A DNA stretch of 64,000 nt, from the NCBI GenBank assembly GCA_951406725.2, contig OX597821.1, positions 111,910,001-111,974,000 on the forward strand. The letters are read 5' to 3'. Made by a program: the position numbers and the translations under genes. Origin of the DNA: Octopus vulgaris (taxonomy: Eukaryota). This document shows positions 41,273 to 54,034 of this stretch, piece by piece; the first letter of the stretch is position 1, and every line of letters starts with the position of its first letter. The notes below the pieces were generated by a model. The model was not told the DNA's origin and made no database searches. It saw nothing but the letters and a program-made list of their open reading frames with translations.

Positions 41273-41416
41273 TTAATTGAAAAATACCTTAGGAATGGGA
41301 ACCCAAGTTCGAAATTTCCGCAAGACACCTGATGAAGGCTGGAGGTATATCAGCTGAAACATTGTGTTAACAACAAACAAAATGAGGACAAATATCCGTC
41401 AAATGTAAATAATGTA
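40926..41416. mobile_element. Head-to-head inverted pair of a tRNA-headed, hammerhead-bearing non-autonomous element (copy B)
   Basis: Arms are mutual reverse complements. A-box TGGTGTAGTGG at 41189-99, B-box-like motif, (TAA)n, and an HHR-like motif in each arm. Confidence 0.75.
41324..41368 (+). ncRNA. Hammerhead-like motif in copy B right arm
   Basis: GACAC-CUGAUGA-A-GGCUG(loop)CAGCU-GAAAC-AUU-GUGUU; the copy A left arm has GUU at this triplet. Confidence 0.6.
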
Positions 41417-41431
41417 AAAAGCAGATGTTAA

Positions 41432-41629
41432 CCCTTTGCCTGTCCAAAGCCTGTTCATAAGTTTCTCCTTCAATGTCCCTGCGTGTTTCATTTGTTTTGC
41501 ATAATATAAAGCTTTCACTTCGTAAGTCCCATGTCACAGTGGTAATTGAAAAAAATTGAGAACATGTTCCATATATGATTTGTGGACATCCAGGAAATAT
41601 ATCCTGTGTACCACACGACAGGCGAAGGG
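41432..41629. mobile_element. piggyBac-type MITE
   Basis: TTAA|ccctttgcctgtc ... gacaggcgaaggg|TTAA: 13-bp TIR with 1 mismatch and TTAA duplication. Confidence 0.8.
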
Positions 41630-44600
41630 TTAAGTCTTCTGCATTACAATTCTGTAATAAGGAAGCCTCTCTATGTAGTCTTTTGATCTGCTTAAAATAG
41701 CAACTAAATCTTGGTGTTCTTCAAGAATGTAGTCAGTAATTATGTAGCTGTACCCCCAAACTAATTTCTTTAGATGTGTAACATATTTTAAACATTGTAT
41801 GTTATAATTTTGTAAAAAATAAGGGTGGGGTGGGGGATGTGTATTACATGTGAATCATGGCCATCAGAGGAATATGTCCTGTGTATCACATGTAATGCAC
41901 AAGAGAAGCAAAGGATTAAATGACGATGTATGATAGTCAAAGCTAAAAACTTTGTGTGTCAGGAGGAGTTGACAAGACAATGTTGACAATTGGTTATGAG
42001 GGATTACAGATCTAACATCATATAACCTGGGGCTCATTGCAACTCTCAGGATCATTCTTTAACACAGCAAGTATTGCAGTTCCAATATTTGGATGTGTGA
42101 GCTTCTTCTGCATACTCTGGTCTCCACATGTTACACAAATAATCTTATTTCCATGGGTGGTTTATCTCCCAACACACCGGTTCCTACTCATCATCATTAT
42201 TTAACATTTGTTTTCCATGCTGGTATGGTTTGGATATGACAGGAGCTGGCATGCCAGAAAGCTGCACCAGGCTCCAATCATCTGCTTTGGCATAGTTTCT
42301 ATGGCTGGATGCCCTTTCTAATATCAGCTGCAATACAAAGTGTCCTGGGGGCTTTTTACATGACACTACTGATGTTCCAAGTAATTTTAAGGATCAAACA
42401 ATCCCCAAAATATAAGATATCATATCATGTTCAATAATAATTTAAAATAAAATAAATCTGTATTCACATTTACTTCATTCTGTTAATTTTAGGTTCTTTA
42501 TTTATTTTTTTTTTTACTCTAGGCATAAGACCTGAAATTTTGGATGAGGGTGCCAGTCGATTAGATTGACTCCAGTACACAACTGGTACTTAATTTATTG
42601 ACCCTGAAAGGATGAAAGGTAAAGTCGACCTCGGTGGAATTTGAACTCTGAACGTAAAGACAGATGAAATACCGTTAAGTATGCTAACGTTTCTTATTTC
42701 TTTATTGCCTGCAAGGGGCTAAACATAGAGGGGACAATCAAGGACAGACAAAGGGATTAAGTCAATTACATTGACCCCAGTGCATAACTGGTACTTACTT
42801 TATCGACCCTGAAAGGATGAAAGGCAAAGTCAAACCGCGGCGGAATTTGAACTCAGAACATAAAGGCAGACGAAATATCACTAAGCATTTCGCCCTGTGT
42901 GCTAATGAGTCTGCCAGCTCACCGCCCTATTCTATGTTCTTTATTAATAAAAGATAAAGTTGTTTGCATATCATCATCTTAATCCTTTTGCTACAATATT
43001 TCGGTTAACATATGCTGCCTTTGTTTCAGTTAATTTTTAAAATAAAGCAGCAAACTACCAGAAATATTAGCATGCCAGGCGAAACGCTTAGCGGTATATT
43101 GTCTGCCACTACGTTCTGAGTTCAAATTCTGCTGAGGTCGACTTTACCTTTCATCCTTTTGGGGTCGATAAATTAAGAACCAGTTACGCACTGGGGTTGA
43201 TATAATCGACTTAATCCGTTTGTCTGTTCTTGTTTGTCCTCTGTGTGTGTAGCCTCTTGTGGGTGGTAAAGAAATAGGTATTTTGTCCGTCTTTACATTC
43301 TGAGTTCAAATTCCTCCGAAGGTTGACTTTGCCTTTCATCCTTTTGGGGGTCAATAAATTAAGTATCAGGGGTGTGGAGGTACATGGCCTAGTGGTTAGA
43401 GCAGTGGACTCGCGATTGAGGGATCACGGGTTCGAATCTCAGACTGGGCGATGTGTGTGTTTATGAGCGAAAACACCTAAGCTCCATGCAGCTCCGGCAG
43501 AAGGTAATGGCAAACCTGTGCTGAATCTTTCACCACCTCTTTCCTCCTGCATCATGCAGCTTACCTGCGATGGAATGGCGTCCCGTCCAGGTGGGAACCT
43601 ATATGTCAAGGAAACCGAGAAACCGGCCCTATGAGCCAGGCATGGCTCAAGAAGGAACAAAAAAAAAAAAAAACATACTGGGGTCGATCTAATCAACTGG
43701 CCCCCTCCCCCAAAATTTCGGGCCTTCTGCTTAAAGTAGAACAGAATTTTAAAAATAATGAAGTATATAGTAAAATAACTTCCTAATTATTAAACTGGGG
43801 CCTGGAATAATTTAGCCTAAAATTTTGATGGAATGTTGTAATTTAGACTTCTTCAATACAGTACTAAGTTTGTCATAGAACTTGGGGCAGTCTTGATGGG
43901 TTGTTATCAAAAGGGTAAACATCTTTCCTCCATGTTGGCACTGGTTAGATCGTTTGACAGGAACTGGTAAGATAGAAGACAGTGCCAAGCATTATCTGCT
44001 TTGGCACGATTTCTACAGACTGTACCGAATATTTTGCATGTGGCACATGCCTAAACAAAATCTATAAATAATGAGTAAATATGATACACAAAACATTAGA
44101 CAGTGTATCATAATCATTAGTCAAATCAAAATCAAATTTGATGACTGGCGTCTGTGCTAGCAGGGTGCAAAGAGCACCATACGAGTGTGATCATTGGCAG
44201 AGCGGCTAACCGGCTTCTGTGCCAGTGGCACTTAAAAGGCACCATTCAAGTGTGATCGTTACCAGTGTCACCTTACTGGCACTTGAGCCCCATGCTAGTA
44301 GGGTATTAAGAGCACCATATGAGCTTGTTCGTTACCAGCATCGCCTTACTGGCACCTGTACCGGTGGCATGTGTAAAAGATTAGAGCGAGGTCATTGCCA
44401 GTACCGTCTGACTGGCCCCATGCCGGTGGCACGTAGAAGCACCCACTACACTCTCGGAGTGGTTGGTGTTAGGAAGGGCATCCAGCTGTAGAAACGCTGC
44501 CAGATCAAGATTGGAGCCTGGTGCAGCCATCTGGTTCACCAGCCCTCAGTCATTCGTCCAACCCATGCTAGCATGGAATGCAGACGTTAAATGATGATGA

Positions 44601-44849
44601 TGATTAGTCAGACAAACAGACAGAAGTCATAATCAGCTGACCTGACAAAATTTATGTTATATATGAGAATGAGTTAAGAATTTCAATCTGAAATCCAAAG
44701 TAGCACCAGAGTGTAAGATGGCTAAATTTTATTTTTGCAACAATGTTAAGCCATCACAATCTGAATTCCTTAGTTGAACATTTTAAATTGTTCTCTTTTA
44801 TAACTGAACCCAAAGCCATGAAACTTACAAGAGAGTGCAGAGAGAATTG

Positions 44850-46135
44850 GAGAACGAAAAGTCAGGTTTACTAGAAATGAAAATTCTCAATTATGAAAAA
44901 TATTTTTGGTTACTAGAAATAAGAACTTTTCATTATCAGGCATTCTTGAGTGCCAAAAGTAGTTTTGTAATTTGCAGTTACAAAGTCTAAGAATTCTTGG
45001 TTACTGGAAATGAAAATTCTTGAATACCTAACATAATTTTTAGTCACTGGAAGAATTTTTGATTTCCAGAAATAATTCTGGCTTATTGGAAGAATGATTT
45101 ATTTCCAGAAATGAGAATTCTCAAATTACCTGACATAATAATTCTTGGTCACTAAAAGCATTTTTGATTTCTAGAAATATTTCTTTATTATCAGAAATAA
45201 GAATTCATGATTTCCAGAAATAAGAAATCTCAATCATCATACATAATTCTTGCTTGGTAAAATTTTTGAATTCCTGAAAAAATTCTTGATAACCAGAAAT
45301 AAGATTATCAAAATAACTGGAAATAATAATTCCTTATTTCCAGAAATGAGAATTCTCAATTTTCTGATACAATAATCCTTGGTTATTAGAATTTTAAATT
45401 TCCAGAAAAAATAATTCTTTAATATCAGAAATAATTCTTAATTACCAAAAAATGAGAAATCTTGGTTGCCGGGAGAATTTTGATTTTCTGAAATATTATC
45501 AGGAAAAGAATCTTTGAGTTCCATTGCTGGAACTCAAAAATTGTTAGAACTAATTCTTGATTTCCAGAAATGAAGTATCTCAATTATCTGACAATAATAT
45601 TTGGTTACTAGAAGAAATTTTGATTTCTAGAAATTTTTCTTTATTATCAGAAATAAGAATTCTCAATCATCATAATACATCATTCCTGATTACTAAAATA
45701 TTTGATTTGCTGAAATAAAAATTCTTGATTTTCAGAAATGAGAATTCTCGATTACCAGACATAATTCTTGAGAACTAGAATTTTTAATTTCCAGCAAGAA
45801 GTCTTGATTACCAGAAATAATGTTTACTTACCAAAAGAACTCTTCTTAACCAGAAGAATCAGCAATTATCTAAGACAAGAGTTCTTTATTCCTAGAAGAA
45901 TTTTTGCTTATCAAAAGTACGAATTCTTCATTGCAAGAAACAAGACTTCATTATCAGAAATAAGAATCCATACGTTTTTTTTCTAGAAATAAGAATTTTT
46001 TTTTATTACAAGAATTCATTATTACTAGAAATAAGAAAATTCTTAATTTCCGGAAAAACAGCCAATGACCAGAAACATTTTCAATTATCAGAAATAAGAA
46101 TTCTTGGTTATCAAGAAATATAAATTCTTATCTAG
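44850..46135. repeat. Degenerate AT-rich satellite, about 20-22 bp unit (ttcttgattwccagaaataagaa) with irregular higher-order blocks
   Basis: cagaaatgagaattctc-like landmarks near 45105, 45340, 45565 and 45733. Confidence 0.85.
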
Positions 46136-46591
46136 TAATTTGCTTCTCTCGTTTTGTTGTGATTTACTCTGCAATTATTAATTTTCTTTTGTGCAATAAT
46201 TTTTTTCCCTTCATCTTTTAAAATTGCAAAAATCATATATTCAATAATTTCATTTTATTTATTTATATATAATTATTTTTTTTTTGTTTACCTTCTCTCC
46301 ATTTATGTTTTTTTTTTTATATCAATCATGCAGATAACGACAATCAAGAAAACATCAATTCTTTTACTCGTTTACTTGTTTCAGTCATTTGACTGCGGCC
46401 ATGCTGGAGCACCGCCTTAAACAATGCTGCGACCCAATTCATAAAAAACACATGGTAATAATAATATAATAAATAGTAAAAAAAAACAGAATAAAAACCG
46501 AGGAAATTTATACTTAAACAAATATATTTACTAGAGTGATGTTATACATTATTGTTATTATTATCATTATTATCATATATATATATGTGTG

Positions 46592-46628
<37 letters not shown>

Positions 46629-47344
46629 GTTATTTGTAAAAGTTGTACTTTGTGTTTTTAACTGCATAATATCAGATAGATAGATAGATAGAAAGAGAAA
46701 TAGATATACAGACAGGAGAGAGAGAGAGAGATGGAGAGATTAACAAAATTTTTCACTGTTGGTTCATGTCGCAAAATATGTCTAAAAAATGTTTGTTTTA
46801 TGTTCTTTTTTTTTTTTTATTTCCTTTTTTTTTTCCAATACATTCTTTTCTCCTTTTTAATTTTTTTTTTTCAATGATGTTTCTGATTTATTTTTCTTTC
46901 TCATTGCAAATTACATGTATGATTATTAATAATTAGAAAAATAGCAATCAACGGAGCGCAATTGTTGTTGTTTTTTTTTTTCAAGGAACTGCTGTGTTTG
47001 TATGTTATTTATTTTTTTTTTGGCTGTCAAAAGAAAAAAAAACAAAAAAAAAAAAAGAAAACAGAATAAAGCCTGATTTATAATAATGTGTAAAATTTCT
47101 AGGATATCCAGAGTAGCAGACATGATATTATTGACCAATCAGCAGTTAGCACCGGTATTGAAAGCTAACCAATATATTTTAGATCTCACATAAAACTTAC
47201 ACTAAACTCAATATCTCTTTGTACAGTATTCATGTAAAAAAACAAAAAAAAACAGAAAAAAACAAAAGAAAAAATAAAATGAAAAAACCCCAACTTCTAC
47301 AATTCCTTACACATGGGGAAAAATACATTCATGTATATATGTAT

Positions 47345-47389
<45 letters not shown>

Positions 47390-47519
47390 GACACACATAC
47401 ATGAATGTGTCAGTTTGTGTATATATACGTGTGTGTGAACATGTATATATACACACACACACATATAGATATATATAAACACACAGATATGTGTGTGCAT
47501 GTGTATACAAATATATTTA

Positions 47520-47575
47520 TAGACAGATATTTACACACATGCATATGAATGCATGTACACACACACAAACATATG

Positions 47576-47606
<31 letters not shown>

Positions 47607-48624
47607 GTATATATATATATAAGTATATATGCACATATATATGTATATATATATATAGATATGTATATATATGTGTGTATATATGTGTGAGTATATATGT
47701 GTGTATATATGTATGTGTGTATATATATATATACATACACATACATATTTTAAAATACGTGAGTAAATGTGAATATATAGATATATATATATAATCAAAT
47801 ATATAAATCTCATTTAATGAACAATGTAAATAAGTATGTTGCTTGATACATCTATATATAATATATATACACACACACACACACTAAATGAAATTGCATA
47901 TTATGTGTATATGTATATATTCATACATATCACACACACACACATATATATACATTACATATAAAATTGCATATTACACATATACAACATTTACACACAT
48001 ATATACATATAAAATATTTTATATATACACATACGTGTGTGTGCATGCATGTATGCATACATACATATATATTATATATCTCTCAATCTCTCTCTATATA
48101 TATATGTATTTATATCTCCATCTATCTGTCTATATATATATACAAAGATACATACACACACACATATATATATATATACACACAGATATACATGTGTGCA
48201 TATATGTATATATATACATATTCATATATATATATATATATACATATGTATATATACATATATATATATATACGTATGCATATATATATATACATATTCA
48301 TATATATATATACATACATATATACGTATGCATATATATATATATACATACATATATATACACACACATACATATATATATATGTGTATACATATATATA
48401 TACATACATATATATATATGTGTATACATATATATATATATGTATACATATATATATATATATATGTGTATACATACATACATATATATATATACATACA
48501 TACATATATATATATATATATGTGTATACATACATACATGTATATATATACATACATACATATATATATATACATACATACATATATATATATACATATA
48601 TACATATATATATATATACATGTA

Positions 48625-48665
<41 letters not shown>

Positions 48666-48800
48666 ACATACATATATATATATACATACATATATATATA
48701 CACATACATATATATATATACATACATATATATATACATACATATATATATATATATATACACATACATATATACATATCTGTGTATATATACATATATT
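47520..48800. repeat. Long compound (TA)/(TACA) microsatellite
   Basis: Direct inspection; similar tracts at 20850-21265, 26135-26810 and 57116-57630. Confidence 0.95.
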
Positions 48801-49613
48801 AAACACAATCATAGTTCAAACAAACATATCAATTATTAAATTATAGATTTTTCCTTTGATCTCTTATTGTTGTTGTAGTTGTTGCTGTTATAGTTTTAAA
48901 AAATTTTTTGATACTTTTTTTTTTATTATTATTATTATATATATATATTTTTTTTTTCCAATTTACTATATAACATTACTTCCATGTTGTCGCAGTGCAC
49001 TTATTTTGGGACAGCATTCCCTGATGTGATCTGGTGGTGGTTAAGTCCTTAGTACTGTCATTGGTTTACGAAAGGGAACAAAGACCGCACACACACACAC
49101 ACACATACACACACTCTCACGCTCACGCACACACGTACATACATTCACGGACTCACCGAAAAAAAAAAAGAAAAACCAACACTCATGTGTAAAAATGCAC
49201 AAAGATGCATACATGCACCGCACACAATTCCCACTTGCATACACACACTTGTGCACATACATCGAGATACGTTTAATGTCAAAGATAATATAAATGAAAG
49301 AACAAGCCATTTTGAACAATGAAGGTGAAAAATAGCCAGCCAAGGGCCTATTAATTAGTTGTATTAATTAAAACATGTCGTTAGGAATATGTCAAAACCT
49401 GAGACAATGTTTATTTGTTTGTTTCTTTGCTGTAATTTTTGTAGTTTCTTTTTTTTCTTTACATGTGTTTTATTTTATTTTATTTTATCTCAGTGCCTTC
49501 ATTGTCACACAATCTTAAAAAAAATACAAAAAAACTCATAATTCCTTTCAAAATTCGATGAGAATAATAGTTTTATAATTATAGTAATCAATAGTAGTAG
49601 TAGCAGTAGTAGT

Positions 49614-49646
<33 letters not shown>

Positions 49647-50528
49647 CATAATAATGATAATAATAATAATAATAACAACAGTAATATTGATTTTAATTTT
49701 TTGGCACAAGGCCAGCAATTTTCAGGGGAAAGGGTGTTAGTTGATTGCCATCAACCCCAGTACATCACTGGTACTTTATTTTATTGACCCTTGAAAGGGT
49801 GAAAGGCAAAGTCAACCCCAGTGGAATTTGAACTCAGAACGTAAACAAGTTGTAAGAAATGATGCTGAGCATTTTGTCTGACATGTTAACGCTTCTGCCG
49901 TTCCACTGCCTGAATAAAAATGGTTTCAAAATTTTAGCACAATGCCAGCAATATTTGGAGAGGGAGTAAGTCGATTACATCAACTCCCAGTATGCAGCTG
50001 GTACTTAATTTATCGACCCCGAAAGGACAAAAGGTAAAGTCGACCTCAGTGGAATTTGAACTCAGAATATAGAGCTGGGGGAAATGCTGCTAAGAATTTC
50101 ATCAAATGTGCTAACAATTCTACCAGCTTTCTGCCTTATTGATAGTTATTCTTTCTAATTTTGGCACAAGGCCAGCAATTTTTTTTTGGGGTGGAGGTTG
50201 GGGTGGAGAAAGGGGGGAAAGTCAATTCCATGAACCCCAGTGCATGACTGGTACTTACTTTATCGACCTTGAAAGGATGAAAGGCAAAGTTGACCTTGGC
50301 GGTGTTTGAATTCAGAGCATAAAAAAAGGCTGGCAGAAATGCTGCTAAGACAATTCTGCCAGCCTGTCGCCTTAATATATTGATGATAATAATAATATTA
50401 ATAATAATAATAATATAAAATAAGGATGACCAGAATTTTCCGCTATTGTTGTTATCAACAAAAAAAAAAAGATTGTATTCGTCATGTATATTTTAATATT
50501 TCAGAATCGTAATAAGAATAATGATAAC

Positions 50529-50579
<51 letters not shown>

Positions 50580-50812
50580 CTAGTAATAATAGTTAGTTTG
50601 TGGTAGAAAAATGCCATCTGTGGTTTTGTTTGACGGTGGCCAACTAAATAATTTTTTTAATGATTTTTTCTTTTTTTTAACATTTTTAAAATTTTTTTTT
50701 CGTAGTTGCTGAAAATAATAGTTATTATTGTTGTTGTTGTTGTTTTTTTATGTGATCATGATGTCAGTTATGTAATTGTCTCACATACAGAGAGAGAGAG
50801 CAATACCAAAGT

Positions 50813-51012
50813 TCAGCTGAAGAGATAACTAGTTCCACTGCCATACGAAACAGCAAGCATCATGATTGCAAGAGCAAATGCCAAACAGTGGTGGCGAGTG
50901 GCTTTATACAAACTTCTAGCAGAAGAGTTGCCATTAGGCTTGGGTGCGAACTGATTTGTGCTAGGGGTGCTGTCTATGGTGAAACCATCGCTGGCTGAGC
51001 TATCAGGATGCA
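50813..51012 (-). CDS. Glypican terminal coding exon with GPI-anchor-type signal
   Basis: ttttgcag acceptor; phase 1 matches the previous exon (G+TG = Val). Reads HPDSSASDGF...NGNSSARSLYKATRHHCLAFALAIMMLAVSYGSGTSYLFS*, i.e. small-residue omega region, spacer, hydrophobic tail. Confidence 0.78.
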
Positions 51013-51061
51013 CTGCAAAAGGAAAATAAAAAGTATATTATAAATATATTATAAATATATT

Positions 51062-51102
<41 letters not shown>

Positions 51103-51194
51103 CCAAACATGAAAGCACAAAAAAACACAACAACACGAGGACGTGGAACAAATATAGTATTATTGAACGCTCAGGAAAGAAGGAAAGAAGGAGG

Positions 51195-51229
51195 GTTTAA
51201 CGTTTCGAGCAGAGCTCTTCATTGGAAAC
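51195..51229 (-). ncRNA. Degenerate hammerhead-like motif in a (TA)n-flanked repeat (about 51095-51310)
   Basis: GUUU-CCAAUGA-A-GAGC-UCU-GCUC-GAAAC-GUU-AAAC; stems intact, CUGAUGA box has 2 substitutions. Confidence 0.45.
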
Positions 51230-51304
51230 ATAGGAGAAGGAAAGATCCAGAGAAGGGAAGACAGAGGAAAAAGAAATCGCCAACAGTACATACGCGGTCA
51301 CATT

Positions 51305-51341
<37 letters not shown>

Positions 51342-51361
51342 TATCATCATCATAATCATTA

Positions 51362-52030
51362 TTAAGCAAAAACCAAAGTCTTAATAAATAGAAGGCAGAC
51401 AAACCACAAATCCCTTCAGGTAGATGGCCCTGCTCGATCTGTAGAAAAGGCGTAGGTAGAAACTCTATAAGACGTACCCAGTGTAAGCTATGGACACATA
51501 AGAGGTGCAGCAATATCAAAGGGAGGCTAACTGCGAAGATAGTTTTTGTGTGTGGTAAATGCTCAGGGGCAATAAACACTGAAAATGTGCAGAGAACAGC
51601 TTCCGTCACATTCCAGGGGAAAAAAACTACCAGTAGTTGATAGCTCCCATTACCTAGGTTAGTAGTGGGGGGTGGATGCTCTGAAAGTGTAGCTGCTAGA
51701 GTAAGGATAGCCTTACTAGTAAGTTCACAGAGCTCCTACCTCTGCTGGTGACACAGGGCCTCTCGTTCAGAGTAAAAGGTAGACTGTATGATGCACGTGT
51801 GTGAACAGCCAAGCTACATGGCAGTGAAACATGGGCCATGACTGCTGAGGACATGCGTAAGCTTGCAAGGAATGAAGCCGGTATGCTCCACTGGATGTGT
51901 AATGTAAGTGTGCATACAGGACAGAGTGTAAGTGCCCTGAAGGAAAAGTAGGATTTAAGAAACATCAGATGTGGTGTGCAAGAGAGACGACTGCGCTGGT
52001 ATGGTCATGTGTAACGAATGGATGTGTTGC
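51362..52030 (+). mobile_element. RTE-clade LINE fragment (PHD-like finger + RT C-terminal region) in glypican intron
   Basis: GRWPCSICRKGVGRNSI..QCKLWTHKRCS...CGKC, then KGRLYDA...LHGSETWAMT...RRLRWYGHV, with stops and frameshifts. Confidence 0.85.
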
Positions 52031-52949
52031 GTAAAGACAGACGAAATACCGCTAAGCATTTCGCCTGGTGTGTGTGAGGGTGTATGAGTGTGAATGTGGC
52101 GGGGTGGGGTGGGGCGGTATGTGAGTATATATGTGTGAGTAAACTGAAAATTATGAGGACCAGTGTGTGGACGTGTGTATGTATGTGCAGATGCATGGGC
52201 CTCTGTGTGTGTGTATGTGTGTGCATGTGTACAAGTAACCTAGTGTATGTGTTGTGTGGAGTGATGTGTGTGCATGTATGGATGTGTGAGGCATGGCAGG
52301 CTTCTATCATTTTGACATAGATTCTGACATTTGCATCAGAAATGTCGTCATGACGATGACGATGGCTTAGATGAAGGAGGAGGCGGAGGCAAATTATGAA
52401 GGCAGTAGAGATAATGGGTTTGTAATTAACGATAATATTAATAATAATGAAAACGAAGAAAAAGAGAATGATTATGATGACAACGATGATGATGAGATGA
52501 ACATAGCAAAGTGTGGTGATGGAGATTGGTTGATTGGAGCATGGGGGGGGGTGAGTGGAAAGAATGAGTATTATTGGTGCACTGATGATGATGATGATGT
52601 TGATGATGGTGATATCGAGGATGAAGGAAGGTGGCTAAACAAGATCAATAAGATGGGAGTAAAGAAATTTAGTAATATCGTAGTTGGGTGGGATGGTGAT
52701 GATGATGATGATTGTTGGAAGGATAATAATAGCCTGTAATTTAAGTACAAAAGCACCAATTTTGTGGGGAAGGGGAAAGTCGATATCGATCCCTCCAGTA
52801 CTTGACAGGTGCCTTTTCTGATTAACTCTGAAAAGATGAAAGGAAAGGGAAAGTTGGCCAGAGCAGAATTTGAACTCAGAACGTAAAGAGTCACAAGAAA
52901 TAATGCAAGGCATCATTTTTTCTGACAATCTAATGATTCCATCAGCCTC

Positions 52950-52996
<47 letters not shown>

Positions 52997-53682
52997 TAAT
53001 AATAATTTTTCCTACTCTAGAGACAAAGCCCGAAATTTGGGGGGAGGGGGGGCAGTCGATTAGATTGACCCCAGAACATAACTGGTACTTAATTTATCGA
53101 CCTCAAACGGATAAAAGGCAAAGTCAACCTCGGCGGAATTTGAACTTGGAATGTAAAGAGTCACAAGAAATAATGTAAGGTATTTTTTTCTGACAATCTA
53201 ATGATTCTGTCAGCCTTCAAGATGATAATAATAATAATAATAATAGTAGTAGTAATAATAATAATAATAATAGTAGTACTAGTAGTAATAATAATAATAA
53301 CAGTAATAATAATAATAACAACAATAATAATAATAATGATAATTCTTTCTACTAAAGGCACAAGGCCTGTAATTTGTGGGGAGGGATTGACTAAGTCGAT
53401 TACATCAACCCCAGTGTGTAACTGGTACTTATTTAATCAACCCCAAAAGGATGAAAGGCAAAGTTGACCTCAGCGGGATTTGAACTCAGAACGCAAAGAA
53501 GGACAAAGTACAGCCAAGAATTTTGTCCAGCATGCTAATGATATTCTGCCAGCTTGCTGCCTTAATAATAATGATGACGATGATGATGATGATGACAGTT
53601 GTAAAGTGGCTGATGATGATGATACAAAAGTGTATAGTAGGAAATTAGCCAAGTAAATATATGCTAAACGAAAGCATTGGGT

Positions 53683-53688
<6 letters not shown>

Positions 53689-53728
<40 letters not shown>

Positions 53729-54034
53729 GTTTAACGTCCGTTCTCCATGCTAGCATGGGTTGGACGGTTCGACCGGGGTTCTGGGAAGCCAGAAGGCTGC
53801 ACCAGGCTCCAGTCTAATCTGGCAATGTTTCTACAGCTGGATGCCCTTCCTAACGCCAACCACTCCGTGAGTGTAGTGGGTGCCTTTTACGTGCCACCTG
53901 CACAGGTGCCAGGCGAGGCTGGCAACGGCCACGGTCGGATTGGTGTATTTTATGTGCCACCGGCATGGAAGCCAGACGAGGCGGTGCTGGCATCGGCTAC
54001 GAGTCGGATGGTGCTTTTTACGTACCACCAGACC
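53689..54034 (-). mobile_element. SINE-like family C copy ((GAT)n tail) flanked by a 76-bp perfect direct repeat
   Basis: Repeat at 53613-53688 and 54035-54110. Other family C copies at about 29700-30205, 30220-30460, 33104-33830, 34817-35275, 40445-40762, 40773-40925, 42190-42365 and 44120-44605. Confidence 0.85.

Noticed and set aside
47888-48846. Long ORFs of 165-304 aa (YI/HT/CV-rich), and similar ORFs elsewhere
   Set aside because: They are translations of (TA)/(CA)/(TACA) microsatellites that lack stops by chance.
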